Shown here in pieces: positions 51,251 to 61,714 of a DNA stretch of 64,000 nucleotides. Source of the DNA: an uncultured Granulosicoccaceae bacterium (GTDB taxonomy: Bacteria; Pseudomonadota; Gammaproteobacteria; Granulosicoccales; Granulosicoccaceae). Position 1 is the first letter of the stretch, and each line of letters begins with the position of its first letter. The translations under genes were made by a program, and so were the position numbers. The notes beneath the pieces are model-generated. The model searched no databases and was not told the origin of the DNA. It saw only the letters and a list, made by a program, of their open reading frames with translations. Location: the NCBI GenBank assembly GCA_964594905.1, contig CAZQOI010000006.1:9011-73010 (forward strand), read 5' to 3'.

Positions 51251-52338
51251 TTCGCTACCTCGTCAGCAATGATTGCAATGCAATCGCCTGCGTTGACCCT
51301 GCCTCCGTGTCGTATGGCGTAGAGCACGCCGTTTTGCGGAACCGGAATCAATACAGGTGCTGCCCCTGTGTGTGTGGGGTCAATGATATGCGCGAGTGCG
51401 TTGCCGTGCCACACGTCATTACCGAGCCTTACTGCCGGTTCAAGCAAGCCTGAGACGCTGGCATAGACATAGTTATCCTTGCCCCTGACTTCCAGCATGC
51501 GTGAGGCGCGCAAGGAGATATCACTTTTCAAGACACCCATCTGGACGAGGATGTTCAGACAACCAGTACGGGCGATTTCAAGGGTTTCTGCAGAGCTGCT
51601 GCCACCGCCGCCTAACTCTGTCTGCAAATAGTGAATGCCTGCGGCGTCCACGCAGCGTTGCAAACTCATCGGTTCGCTTGACTCGGGTAGACGAACACTG
51701 TTTGGCGCACCAAAGGCCACCATACTGTTCTCTGTAATTTGCTGGCGATCCTTGTCGCTGGAAAAACGCACCACTGCTGATGGGGCAAAATGCAGCGATT
51801 GACCGCCTGATCGAATATCGAGAACCAAATCCGCAGGTCGGACCAGCTGCTCGAAAACACCCTTGGCCAGATGCTCAGTCACCGTCCCGTTAGTCGCCCC
51901 TGGAAAGCAACTATCCAGATCCCGCCCATCCAGTGGCGAGCAACGAGACCCTTTCAGTACCGCAGGCAGATTGACGCTGGGAATCAGTATCAGACACCCA
52001 CAAATATCAGTTGGCTCAAGCTCTCGGCAAAGTCGCTGTAGCGTCAAAGGGCCTTCGAATTCATCACCGTGTATACCGGCAATCAGAGTCAATGTAGGGC
52101 CTTCCCCATTGCGCAACACACAAACCGGGATCTTCAACTGACCGAATGCTGATTCTTCAGTGGGGTTGGGAATAGTGAGATGACCGTGTTGTTTGCCATC
52201 AACGGTCAGATCGACGCTCAGGCTGCCGCTGGCTGCGCTATGCTCAGCATCAACCCCCACCTGCCTTCTCGGGGTGTTCTGGATCGAGAGATCAACATCC
52301 AGATTCTCGTTATCATATTGATACGGGAATTTGCTCAT
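51247..52338 (-). CDS. Succinylglutamate desuccinylase/aspartoacylase family, DoeB-like
   Basis: GKQHGHL, NGEGPT, HGDEFEG, FPG, TELGGGG. Confidence 0.8.
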   Translation of the reverse strand: MSKFPYQYDNENLDVDLSIQNTPRRQVGVDAEHSAASGSLSVDLTVDGKQHGHLTIPNPTEESAFGQLKIPVCVLRNGEGPTLTLIAGIHGDEFEGPLTLQRLCRELEPTDICGCLILIPSVNLPAVLKGSRCSPLDGRDLDSCFPGATNGTVTEHLAKGVFEQLVRPADLVLDIRSGGQSLHFAPSAVVRFSSDKDRQQITENSMVAFGAPNSVRLPESSEPMSLQRCVDAAGIHYLQTELGGGGSSSAETLEIARTGCLNILVQMGVLKSDISLRASRMLEVRGKDNYVYASVSGLLEPAVRLGNDVWHGNALAHIIDPTHTGAAPVLIPVPQNGVLYAIRHGGRVNAGDCIAIIADEVAK

Positions 52339-52424
52339 GATCGCGGATAGTGGGACTGGCTGGTGGATACTCCTGTTAATGCAAAAGCTGTGCTAACCCA
52401 TCGAGGCGGATAAAGATTATCCCG

Positions 52425-54203
52425 ATGACTACTTCTCAACTCCTGATCAGCGGCATTTTACTGGTAACCATGGTCGCCTTTGTGTTTGGCCGGTGGCGCT
52501 ACGACTTGGTTGCCATGTTCGCTCTGATGAGTGCGGTAGTGGTGGGCCTGGTTGATCCCAATAAGGCCTTTGAGGGCTTTGGTCATCCTGCTGTTGTGAC
52601 GGTTGCCGCCGTACTGATTATCAGTAGTGCCCTGCGTGAAGCAGGTGTGGTTGATGAAGTAGCCAGTCGCATTTCTCATCTGACTGAAACGCCGATCCTG
52701 CACATTGCATCACTGACCGCAGTCGTGACCGTTGCGTCGGCTTTTATGAATAACGTCGGTGCACTGGCTTTGCTGTTGCCGATTGCTTTATCGACCGCGA
52801 AGGAGCGAAAACGCTCACCTGCGTTGATTCTTATGCCGTTGGCTTTCGGCAGTCTTCTCGGCGGCATGATGACTTTGATCGGCACTCCACCGAACATCAT
52901 CGTGGCGAGCATTCGTGCGCAACATTCAGGTGAGCCCTTTGGCATGTTCGATTTTGCGCCAGTCGGCTTGCCGATAACGATTATAGGGTTTGCATTTATC
53001 TGTCTTGTTGGTTGGCGTCTGATTCCACGAGCTCGCCTACAGTTCAACGAAGATGGAAGTGATGCCGCAATGGGTCTTTACCTGACTGAAGCGAAAGTAC
53101 CTTCAAGCTCAGATATGGTTGGTAAGACGCTCGGCGAGATAGATGGGCTTGACGACAATAATGTAGAAGTCATTGGCGTTGCCGGTAAGCGCAGGTTTGC
53201 ACGTGCCGTACGTTCAAGTTATGTCATCGCAGAGCAAGACATCCTGATTTTAAGAGCAAGCTCTGATGATTTGAAAAGCTTTCATGACCTGCATGGTCTA
53301 GAGCTATTGAGCACTGCAACACCTGCATTTGTTCAACCAACACCTGATAGTGAAATTATGGCAGAAGGCATTGTTCGCAATGATTCACCGCTGGTTGGAA
53401 AGGATGTCAGTTTCGTGCGACAGGAGACCAACCGAACGCTGGCCTTGGTTGGTCTGGCTCGACAAGGGCGGCCGGTAACTCGCCGTTTGCGTCAGCAGAT
53501 ATTTCGCGCCGGTGATGTACTGTTACTGCATGGATCAGATGACAGCGTCGATCAGCAGTTTGGTTCCTTAGGGTTGCTACCACTCAAACAAAGAGAGATA
53601 ACTCTGCACCGTACTCAGAAGATCGCTATGGCGAGTGGTATTTTTGCGTTGAGTATCGTTCTTGGCATTGCAGGATTTGTGAGCTTGCCAGTAGCATTTG
53701 TACTCGCTGTTGGTGCTTATGTACTGACAGGTATTTTATCCACTCGCCAAATCTACGATGATATTGACTGGCCTGTTATTGTTTTACTGGCTGCAATGAT
53801 TCCTGTCGGAAATGCCTTGACCACAACTGGCACAACGCAGTTGGTTGCTGACGCGCTTGTGTCGGTGACGCAGGGTATGCCTATTCCAATTATATTGACC
53901 TTGTTATTGGTTGTAACCATGCTGCTATCTGATGTCATCAATAACGCCGCGACAGCGCTGGTAATGGCACCACTAGGGATAGCTATGGCAACGGCGCTCG
54001 GTGTCAATGCAGACCCATTCTTAATGGCAGTGGCGGTTGGTGCTTCCTGTGCTTTCCTGACGCCGATTGGCCATCAGTGCAATACCCTTGTAATGGGTCC
54101 AGGTGGTTATAAATTCAGTGATTACTGGCGAGTTGGTTTACCGCTTGAAATAATTATCACGATCGTCAGTGTGCCAACTATTTTATGGGCTTGGCCGCTG
54201 TAA
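52425..54203 (+). CDS. SLC13 family permease with TrkA-C domains
   Basis: SAFMNN, TLIGTPPN, INNAATA, FLTPIGHQCN..V.GPGGYKFSD. Confidence 0.9.
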   Translation: MTTSQLLISGILLVTMVAFVFGRWRYDLVAMFALMSAVVVGLVDPNKAFEGFGHPAVVTVAAVLIISSALREAGVVDEVASRISHLTETPILHIASLTAVVTVASAFMNNVGALALLLPIALSTAKERKRSPALILMPLAFGSLLGGMMTLIGTPPNIIVASIRAQHSGEPFGMFDFAPVGLPITIIGFAFICLVGWRLIPRARLQFNEDGSDAAMGLYLTEAKVPSSSDMVGKTLGEIDGLDDNNVEVIGVAGKRRFARAVRSSYVIAEQDILILRASSDDLKSFHDLHGLELLSTATPAFVQPTPDSEIMAEGIVRNDSPLVGKDVSFVRQETNRTLALVGLARQGRPVTRRLRQQIFRAGDVLLLHGSDDSVDQQFGSLGLLPLKQREITLHRTQKIAMASGIFALSIVLGIAGFVSLPVAFVLAVGAYVLTGILSTRQIYDDIDWPVIVLLAAMIPVGNALTTTGTTQLVADALVSVTQGMPIPIILTLLLVVTMLLSDVINNAATALVMAPLGIAMATALGVNADPFLMAVAVGASCAFLTPIGHQCNTLVMGPGGYKFSDYWRVGLPLEIIITIVSVPTILWAWPL

Positions 54204-54234
54204 AAGAAAAGCCCCGCTGAACGGGGCTTGTCTT
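54204..54234. terminator. Bidirectional terminator
   Basis: AAGCCCCG-CTGAA-CGGGGCTT between convergent genes. Confidence 0.75.
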
Positions 54235-54252
54235 CATGATTTTGTTGAAAAG

Positions 54253-54939
54253 TTAAATGGGTGAGCGCCAAGCATCGTTTTCGCGACCTTCTACAAATGA
54301 CTTCAGGTAAATTTCCACCCGTCTATTGCGAGTTCTACCCGCACTAGTATCATTATTTGCAACAGGTTTTGTTTCTCCTCGTCCGGAAAATCGCATACGA
54401 TCACGATCAACACCGGTACGTGTGAGATAGCGAGTTACTGCTGTCGCTCGTTTTTCAGATAATTGTTGGTTATAGCTATCGGTTCCCGTATTGTCGGTAT
54501 GACCAATAACATGAACAGCTGTCTTGTCATAGTCATCGATAACTTCAGCCATCGTGTTCAAGCTGTCCTGGAAATCTCGCTGAATACTGTCACTGTTGAT
54601 AGCGAAAGAGACTTCGCTACTCACATCAAGACGAATGGTTTCTTCATCAAGTCGAGTTAAGGTGATCTTTCCAGCGCGTCGTTCCTGGGCTAACTTCTCT
54701 TCAAGCTCTCGTTGTTGCTTGTCCATATAGTTACCAACAGCTGCACCTGTCAGAGCGCCAACTACTGCGCCAACATATTTACCGTTCTTGCTGCTGGCCT
54801 GATTGCCAACTATCGCGCCTGTTATAGCGCCGATCGCGGCACCAGTTTTGGCGCGACGATGTGGATCATCGGTTGCGCAGGCAGATGTTAGAAGTAAGGT
54901 GATTGCCGCTGTGGCAACCGCTGTGCGATAGGAAAACAT
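54253..54939 (-). CDS. OmpA family lipoprotein with glycine zipper (YiaD-like)
   Basis: Lipobox TSAC, Gly zipper, YMDKQ, GHTDNTG, NRRVEI. Confidence 0.9.
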   Translation of the reverse strand: MFSYRTAVATAAITLLLTSACATDDPHRRAKTGAAIGAITGAIVGNQASSKNGKYVGAVVGALTGAAVGNYMDKQQRELEEKLAQERRAGKITLTRLDEETIRLDVSSEVSFAINSDSIQRDFQDSLNTMAEVIDDYDKTAVHVIGHTDNTGTDSYNQQLSEKRATAVTRYLTRTGVDRDRMRFSGRGETKPVANNDTSAGRTRNRRVEIYLKSFVEGRENDAWRSPI

Positions 54940-55211
54940 ATCTGGCGTCTCTCTTGTTATTGTTATATGACAACCATCACCTCATTGGGTGATTTTGCAA
55001 GTGTGTGTTGAGCACTTCTTGCTGTTCTATCTAGGGTTTCGGCGCGTTTTAATATTTATCGAGTGAACACTTTGCAATAGAGTGCACTTACGCGTGTTTT
55101 ACCGTTAAAAATGTGCACTTCGACTATTCACAATGGATATGTCACTAAAAAGCTTGAAGGCGTTATCATTTAAAATGTGACATCAACAAAACAACGGATA
55201 TCTCAAAATTT

Positions 55212-55550
55212 ATGAATCTGATCGAGTGGGACGATTTCGAACGTGTTTGCTTGTGTGCAGGCACCATTATTGACGTTGAAGAATTTCCAGAAGCACGAAA
55301 ACCCGCCTATAAGCTCACGATCGACTTTGGTGAAGAGATCGGTCAGCGGCGATCGAGTGCACAGATCACAACCCACTATGACATCGATTCACTGATGGGC
55401 AAGCAGATTATGGCTGTCGTGAATTTCCCCAAGAAACAGATTGGCCCTTTCATGTCCGAGTGCCTTGTGACTGGTATGGCGAAAGAAGATGGTTCTATCG
55501 TCCTGGTGTCACCTGATACTGAGGTACCCAATGGCGCAAGGCTTTGTTGA
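55212..55550 (+). CDS. csaA: CsaA tRNA-binding/chaperone protein
   Basis: FPEARKPAYKL.IDFG, SSAQIT, VVNFPKKQIGPFMSE. Confidence 0.92.
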   Translation: MNLIEWDDFERVCLCAGTIIDVEEFPEARKPAYKLTIDFGEEIGQRRSSAQITTHYDIDSLMGKQIMAVVNFPKKQIGPFMSECLVTGMAKEDGSIVLVSPDTEVPNGARLC

Positions 55551-55592
55551 GACTGAGACCAATTTTTTGTGAAGCTTCGTCTGCGGTAACGT

Positions 55593-56363
55593 TCAGGGTT
55601 CGCAAGAGTAGCTGTGGGGTGTGCGAGCGACCAACTGAGTATCCGATTCTGCAACCAGTATCTGAGAACCGAAGCAGGTATCTTCGGCTATTGTATTTTC
55701 AACAACCGTGAGAATTTGCAAAGCACCGGTATCCGTGATTGATTCAACCAGTGCTGCGGTGATTTTTACATCTGATTCGATTTGCGTTATGAGCTCATCG
55801 ATGTTGGCCATTACTTTCCAGTTCTGACCATCATCGACAATGACTTGAGTGACGTCGCCAGTTGACAGAAAGTACTGCAAAGCCAGCGTGCTAGGGCTTG
55901 CATCGTTATTTAAGTTGGACGTCGCTCTTACCGATTCGACAAAATAGGGTGGCGAGGCAGTATTTCCCGCCGTAATCATACGCTTGAGTTCTGTATCGAG
56001 AATGAGTCGATGACGACCTGACAGCAGATCAATGCCGTCAAGATCTAACTGAGTCTCGCAATTGAAATTCCATTCATTGATATATTTTTCGCGGAGTTCG
56101 TACGCTTTGGTTGTACAGAACTGCGTGTCATTGTTTGCATACCACACGACTTTTCGCTCACCACTTTGAGACGTTACGCTGACTTCGCAAAGATTCTCTT
56201 CACCAGGTATCTCAACTAGCAGCACCCGTTCGTCACCGGCAATCGTGCAGTTGAATTCCAAGGCGCTCGCGCTCGAAAATAGAAACAGGCCAGGTAGCAG
56301 TACTGACATCAGAGCTACTGGCCAGCTCCAGTGATTTATGTCTTGGCTTTTTCTTAAAGACAT
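55593..56363 (-). CDS. Hypothetical secreted protein
   Basis: 256-aa ORF with signal-like N-terminus and several Cys; no family recognised. Confidence 0.6.
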   Translation of the reverse strand: MSLRKSQDINHWSWPVALMSVLLPGLFLFSSASALEFNCTIAGDERVLLVEIPGEENLCEVSVTSQSGERKVVWYANNDTQFCTTKAYELREKYINEWNFNCETQLDLDGIDLLSGRHRLILDTELKRMITAGNTASPPYFVESVRATSNLNNDASPSTLALQYFLSTGDVTQVIVDDGQNWKVMANIDELITQIESDVKITAALVESITDTGALQILTVVENTIAEDTCFGSQILVAESDTQLVARTPHSYSCEP

Positions 56364-56383
56364 TGCGTATTGGCGAAATCAGA

Positions 56384-57382
56384 TCATGTTTGAGGTATCA
56401 GAACAATTTTTGGAGACCCGGTGGTGGCATTGTGAATATCAAGAAATGCCTGCGCCCCCGATGACAGCGGACGAGATTCAACCCATTCGAGACTACCCAG
56501 GGCTCCTTGCGTCAGTATATCGAGTGAGGCTTGGAGATCTGTTTGGTTGTAAGTATAGTTTCCGACAAAGGCGATTTCCTGCAGCGTTATGCGTCGAGTA
56601 TCCAAACCCGGTTCGTTATCTTGCAGACCGACGTGCGAAATGACGCCGCCTGTCCGCGCCAGCGCGCTGGCAGCTGCTCGGGTTCTACCACTGCCGACAG
56701 CATCGATAACAAGTTCAAAGTGGTTTTCGGGAGGTGTGTCATCGCCCAGTGGATCGTAAACGTGGCCGCAGTTCATATCGCTAAGGGTCTGTCGACGATT
56801 CGCGTTTGTTTCAGCAATTTGAATTTCGGCCGCACCTTTTTGTTTGAGAATAAGAGCGGCGAGAGCGCCAATTGCACCGCCGCCGATAATCAGGCTCCGG
56901 CTTTCGGATATTGGTCTCGACATGACTCGTTCAGCTAGTGCGATTGCATGTACCGAAACCGCCGTGGGTTCCATCAGGCTGGCATGAACTGGATTTAGAT
57001 TTTCGTCGACCGAAAACAAATTGGCACTAGGAGCGACAATCAGTTCACTATAACCGCCAGCGCGACCAAGTCCGAGCAGATCGCGACTCGCACAAAGATT
57101 TGGAAGTCCTGCGCGGCAATCTCGACATTCACCACAACTGATCAGCGGATTGATTGCTACCTTCTCTCCATCGCGCTTGCCGCCAACCACTCTTCCACAT
57201 AATTCATGACCGAGAATCATGGGAGGAACTCGGCGCGCATCATGTCCATGCCAGGCGTGCATATCCGAACCACAAATGCCTGATGCTTCGATTCGTACCA
57301 AGGATTCCCCAGGACCTGCAACGGGATCAGGCTCATCGCGAAATTCGAGGCTTTGAGTTCCTGTGTAGACAAGTGCTTTCAA
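56384..57382 (-). CDS. Zn-dependent alcohol dehydrogenase, HpsP-like
   Basis: GICGSDMH...GHD.RR.PP.ILGHE, structural Cys cluster, GGGAIG, RR.TLQEI.F.G.YTY. Confidence 0.85.
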   Translation of the reverse strand: MKALVYTGTQSLEFRDEPDPVAGPGESLVRIEASGICGSDMHAWHGHDARRVPPMILGHELCGRVVGGKRDGEKVAINPLISCGECRDCRAGLPNLCASRDLLGLGRAGGYSELIVAPSANLFSVDENLNPVHASLMEPTAVSVHAIALAERVMSRPISESRSLIIGGGAIGALAALILKQKGAAEIQIAETNANRRQTLSDMNCGHVYDPLGDDTPPENHFELVIDAVGSGRTRAAASALARTGGVISHVGLQDNEPGLDTRRITLQEIAFVGNYTYNQTDLQASLDILTQGALGSLEWVESRPLSSGAQAFLDIHNATTGSPKIVLIPQT

Positions 57383-57451
57383 TAGGGTTATTTCCTGAGG
57401 TGCGTGTTTCTTCTTCCGAGTCTAGCGCGGATGCTCGGCAAACTACAGCGT

Positions 57452-58213
57452 TTACAGCGCGGTAAAACCACCATCCACACCAACAATTTGCCCGGTGATG
57501 TAATCCGATGCGTGGCTCGCTAGAAAGACAGTAATGCCGTCCAGGTCCTCCAACTTACCATTGCGTTTCATGGCCGTTCTTGCAGCTAGTGAATCGGTAG
57601 CTTTCGTGTCATTGAAAACAGGTGCTGTCAAACCAGTAGGGAAAAAACCTGGTGCGATGGCGTTTGCAGTTATGCCGTTTTCCGACCATGCCTCGGCCAT
57701 GGCACGGGTAACCTGTCCAATACCACCTTTGGATGCACCGTAGGCCAATCCGTTCGTGAACGCGCGGGTGGTTTGCAGGGATGCGATATTGATAATACGA
57801 CCCCAAGCCTGATCGATCATGCCGGGCACGAACTCTCGCGCTAGAAAAAAAGGTACCGCGAGGTTCAGATCAAGTGTTTGCGACCAGGACTCAGGAGTGA
57901 TGTCTTGCCAGGGTTCACGCAAGTTGACGCCGGCGGTGTTGCAGAGGATATCGATGCGTGGAACTCTCGCAAGTACCTTCGCGGCAAACTCCGGGCATTG
58001 CGTGGGTCCGGCAAGATCTCCGACTTGAATGATTGGCTCTGGAGTTTTGGCATCAAGTGATTTTATGTGCGTCGCTGTTGTTTCAAGTGCTGATTGTCTA
58101 CGACCAGTCAGTATGACTGTTGCCCCCGCTTGTGCCAGCGCGATAGCCTGACGTTGTCCAATGCCAGAGCCAGCTCCTGTTACCAGTGCAACCTTGTTTG
58201 CTAGTGAGAACAC
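57452..58213 (-). CDS. Short-chain dehydrogenase, HpsO/gluconate-5-DH-like
   Basis: TGAGSGIG, ASLQTTRAF, YGASK, AMAEAWS, PGFFPT, VDGGFTA. Confidence 0.88.
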   Translation of the reverse strand: MFSLANKVALVTGAGSGIGQRQAIALAQAGATVILTGRRQSALETTATHIKSLDAKTPEPIIQVGDLAGPTQCPEFAAKVLARVPRIDILCNTAGVNLREPWQDITPESWSQTLDLNLAVPFFLAREFVPGMIDQAWGRIINIASLQTTRAFTNGLAYGASKGGIGQVTRAMAEAWSENGITANAIAPGFFPTGLTAPVFNDTKATDSLAARTAMKRNGKLEDLDGITVFLASHASDYITGQIVGVDGGFTAL

Positions 58214-58217
58214 AATA

Positions 58218-58865
58218 TCAGCCTGTTAACACCGGCAATAGCTCATGCGCTCCTTCCCAAGCCATGATAAGACCAACATAGAAAATCAGGGCCAGACCGA
58301 CGTAAGCAATCCACGGGTATTTTTCCAGCAGTTTGGCAATCATGGTTGCCGCGAAAATCATGAAGGCAACTGACAGGGCTAAGCCGAAGATCAGAAGAAC
58401 CGGAAAGTCACGGGATATACCGGCAATAGCCAGCACGTTATCGATGGACATTGATAGATCGGCAATGACGATTTGAATCACTGCTGGCCAAAGGGCTGCG
58501 AGTTGATTGCCTTTCTCTGCATCGTCGGTCATCTCAGTTGCTTCTTCGCTTTGTTCTGCATAGCCCGAACGCAGTTCAACCCAGAGACGCCAACAAACCC
58601 AAAGAAGCAAAAGTCCACCAAACAGCTTCAAACCAGTGATGTTTAACAGCTGCACAGCAATCAGTGAAAAGCCGATGCGCATAAGGACCGCTGCACCGAT
58701 GCCAAAAAGAATGACTTTCTTGCGCATATGCACAGGCACGCGTGACGCGACCATGCCGACGATGATGGCGTTGTCACCTGCAAGGACGAGGTCGATAAAA
58801 ATAATCTGCACGAAGATCGCCGCAGCTTTCGCCGTAAACAACTCTGGGCCGAATAGTTCAGTCAT
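58218..58865 (-). CDS. TerC/YjbE family membrane protein
   Basis: IDLVLAGDNA, IADLSMSIDNVLAIAG. Confidence 0.9.
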   Translation of the reverse strand: MTELFGPELFTAKAAAIFVQIIFIDLVLAGDNAIIVGMVASRVPVHMRKKVILFGIGAAVLMRIGFSLIAVQLLNITGLKLFGGLLLLWVCWRLWVELRSGYAEQSEEATEMTDDAEKGNQLAALWPAVIQIVIADLSMSIDNVLAIAGISRDFPVLLIFGLALSVAFMIFAATMIAKLLEKYPWIAYVGLALIFYVGLIMAWEGAHELLPVLTG

Positions 58866-58917
58866 TTGACTATTAATACAATTAGGTTTGAAGAGGGTAG
58901 AGCAATAAAAGCGATGT

Positions 58918-58951
58918 CGATATCCGCACGAGAGTTCTCGTGCGGATATCG
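58918..58951. terminator. 16-bp-stem hairpin between dctQM and terC
   Basis: CGATATCCGCACGAGA-GT-TCTCGTGCGGATATCG. Confidence 0.65.
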
Positions 58952-58981
58952 CGTTACTTCTGGTTTACAAAGTAGCAGGTC

Positions 58982-61549
58982 CTATCCGGCCATCACCTTC
59001 GGCAGCCACAGTACAAGCTGCGGGAATATGAAGATCAGGATCAAGCCCACAAGTTGAACCAACATGAATTGCATCATGCCAAGGTAGATGTCTTTCAAAT
59101 CCCAAGCCGGCACCACGCCCTTCAAGAAATAGGCTGAGAGCGCAACCGGGGGTGATAGCCAAGCGGTTTGTAGATTCACCGCGACAAGAATGCCAAACCA
59201 GACCATGAGGTCATAGCGATCCAGGCCATGTACTGCGAGTGACTCGACCGTTGGCAATAGAATGGGGACCACGATCAGAACGATTGGCACCCACTCCAGT
59301 GGCCAGCCCAACAGAAAGATCAACGCCATAATCAGTAGCAAGATCAGATACGGCGACATGTCGAGGCCCAACAGTACCTCTGTCATCATCTTTGGCGTAC
59401 CAAGCGTACTGAACTCAGCGCCAAAAAAGTTGGAAGCCGCGACCAGGAACATGATCAGCACCGTGATCTCAAGCGCTTTAACCAGGCTGTCAAAAAAGCT
59501 GGGTATTCTGAATTTGCCGTAGCCAACTGAGAGCAGAATCGCGCCAAAGGCACCCATGGCTGCAGCTTCAGCTGGGGTTGCAAAGCCAAGCAGGATCGAA
59601 CCCAATGCAAAGGAAATCAGAATCGTGGGTGGCATCAGACCTGCGAAGAATTCATTCCACAGATCAGAGAAGTAGAAGTCATCGGCCTTCTCTTTGTCGT
59701 AGATTGTTCGGCCCAGAAACGCCAGGAGAACAATGAATGCTGCAAAGACGATCGACCAGATCGGCAAGCCGTCGCCCATGTTATGGACAATCATGTAAAG
59801 GTGGAACAGCACGGCGATTGGCACAGCGATCCGCAGAATGTTTACCTTTCGATAAGCTGCGTAAGCCAGCGCCATAACCGCCAGTAAAACTACCAGGCCA
59901 CCGAACGGCATAAGACCCGCAAATGCGCCGCCAATACTAAGACCAAACACGCGACTCACGGTCAGCATGCCGAGGCAGATCAAGGCAACTTCGGCCCCGT
60001 AGAATTTGGAGGTTTCTGGTTGGTCTTCTTCGGCAAGAATGGGACCCAATGAAGGGTTAAGCCAGCACCGGCCCAGTGTGTAGATCAAGTACAGCGAAGC
60101 CAGTAGTGCACCGGGGATGAATGCACCGCGGAATAGATCAAGCGTGGAGACTTCCAACACCGGACCCATGACAATCAACATGATTGATGGCGGAATCAAA
60201 ATACCCAGTGTGCCACCAGCTGTAATCGTTCCGGCCGCCAGTTTGACGTTGTAACCGGCTCGGGTCATCGTCGCGCCCGCCATAATACCGAGCAGTGTCA
60301 CCGAGGCACCAACGATTCCAGTTGCAGCCGCAAAGATGGTTGAGACGATCAAAACCGCAACAAAAAGTGATCCGCGCACACGCGCCATCATCATTTGGAT
60401 CGACGCGAAGAGCCGTTCCATCAATCCAGCTGCTTCCATAACGATGCCCATCAAAACGAACAGAGGCACGGCCATGAGCTGATCATTCCACATCGTCGAG
60501 TTGGTGTTCAGTGTCAGCAGAAGCGTTGTGAGTTTGAAATTCGCACCCCAAATGCCAAACACAAAGGCCAGGAATATCAATGTAAACGCGATCGGAAAAC
60601 CTATGAAGATCACAAACAGCATCACCCCAAGCATGATCAAACCAATGACAGGTTTGGGCAAGCTTGGTCGCGCTTTCATCACATCAGTGAACCATTCGCC
60701 GCCCGGTACGATGTCAGGAGCAAAGACTGCCAGCACCAGCCAGATTAGAACAATCAGATAGATCGGCATGGCGCGCAAAAACAAGCGCTCGCGTGCTTTG
60801 CCCATTTTATGGAAAGCGCGGAAGATTTCAGGAATGCCTTGCAGCAACAACAGGAAAGCGCCGACAGGCATTGCCAGGCGAGCAGGCCAAACTAATGGAC
60901 CCCAGGCGCTGTCAGCTTGCCTGGTTTCACCAGCAGTTAAAGTTGCCTTGAAGGCTTCCCACATGCCGATTGGCTCATCACCCGCACTCGCTGCGACACC
61001 AAGAGCTTCCCACCACTGTTCTACAGAAACGTTTGACCCGGCAAATGAAGTCCACCAGTACTGCGCGGAAACGATGGTAAAGAAAATCATCGATGGAATG
61101 AATAACAACAGGTACAGCGATGCATCGACGGTTGCCTGTGTCTTGTCTGACCAGTACCGATAGAGGAAATCCGCGCGGATATGAACGCCGCGCAGCAGTC
61201 CATAACCTGCCGCAGCCATAAACAGCACACCCGCAATCATGCGGCTGACGTCATAAACCCAAAGCGTCGGTCCAAGATTGAGAGAACGCGCCAGATCTTC
61301 AAAGCCTGCGTTTTGCAGGATCGAGAAGGAGTTGCGCGAGATTACTTCGAAGACAACTACCGCGATCAACGGTATCAAAAGCAGTGCGAAGAGTTGACCT
61401 GCGCGATAGTTAAGAACGTCGATAGCGGCCGTGATCGGGCGCTGCCAACTTGTCATATCCTCGGGTGTTTCACCAGGAGCTTCAGAGCGTCGCTCGGCGA
61501 TAAGCTCATCCGCGATTTCCAAATCGTCTGGATTCGGTTCTTCAGCCAT
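58982..61549 (-). CDS. Fused TRAP transporter DctQ-DctM
   Basis: N-terminal DctQ (EV.SR, H.R.D) joined in frame to DctM (LMAVPLF, AAATGIVGAS, ILIPPSIM, ATPAEAA, SPP). Confidence 0.9.
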   Translation of the reverse strand: MAEEPNPDDLEIADELIAERRSEAPGETPEDMTSWQRPITAAIDVLNYRAGQLFALLLIPLIAVVVFEVISRNSFSILQNAGFEDLARSLNLGPTLWVYDVSRMIAGVLFMAAAGYGLLRGVHIRADFLYRYWSDKTQATVDASLYLLLFIPSMIFFTIVSAQYWWTSFAGSNVSVEQWWEALGVAASAGDEPIGMWEAFKATLTAGETRQADSAWGPLVWPARLAMPVGAFLLLLQGIPEIFRAFHKMGKARERLFLRAMPIYLIVLIWLVLAVFAPDIVPGGEWFTDVMKARPSLPKPVIGLIMLGVMLFVIFIGFPIAFTLIFLAFVFGIWGANFKLTTLLLTLNTNSTMWNDQLMAVPLFVLMGIVMEAAGLMERLFASIQMMMARVRGSLFVAVLIVSTIFAAATGIVGASVTLLGIMAGATMTRAGYNVKLAAGTITAGGTLGILIPPSIMLIVMGPVLEVSTLDLFRGAFIPGALLASLYLIYTLGRCWLNPSLGPILAEEDQPETSKFYGAEVALICLGMLTVSRVFGLSIGGAFAGLMPFGGLVVLLAVMALAYAAYRKVNILRIAVPIAVLFHLYMIVHNMGDGLPIWSIVFAAFIVLLAFLGRTIYDKEKADDFYFSDLWNEFFAGLMPPTILISFALGSILLGFATPAEAAAMGAFGAILLSVGYGKFRIPSFFDSLVKALEITVLIMFLVAASNFFGAEFSTLGTPKMMTEVLLGLDMSPYLILLLIMALIFLLGWPLEWVPIVLIVVPILLPTVESLAVHGLDRYDLMVWFGILVAVNLQTAWLSPPVALSAYFLKGVVPAWDLKDIYLGMMQFMLVQLVGLILIFIFPQLVLWLPKVMAG

Positions 61550-61667
61550 GTGGTGATACTTCCTTCGTTAGACGTGCTTAGTTAGCCGTGGATGGGCAAT
61601 CCGCATTCTGTTTTTCGAAACGTCATGGGTAGATGGCGCTCGGAAAATAAGAACGCTTAATGAAATA

Positions 61668-61687
61668 CGGGCTCCAATTGGAGCCCG
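61668..61687 (-). terminator. Perfect 20-bp palindrome after dctP
   Basis: CGGGCTCCAA|TTGGAGCCCG. Confidence 0.65.
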
Positions 61688-61714
61688 CGTTCTACTGCAT
61701 TACTTCGCTTAAAA

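Noticed and set aside
55062-55120. Repeated GTGCACTT boxes between ompA and csaA
   Set aside because: Only two exact 8-mers; cannot be distinguished from chance.
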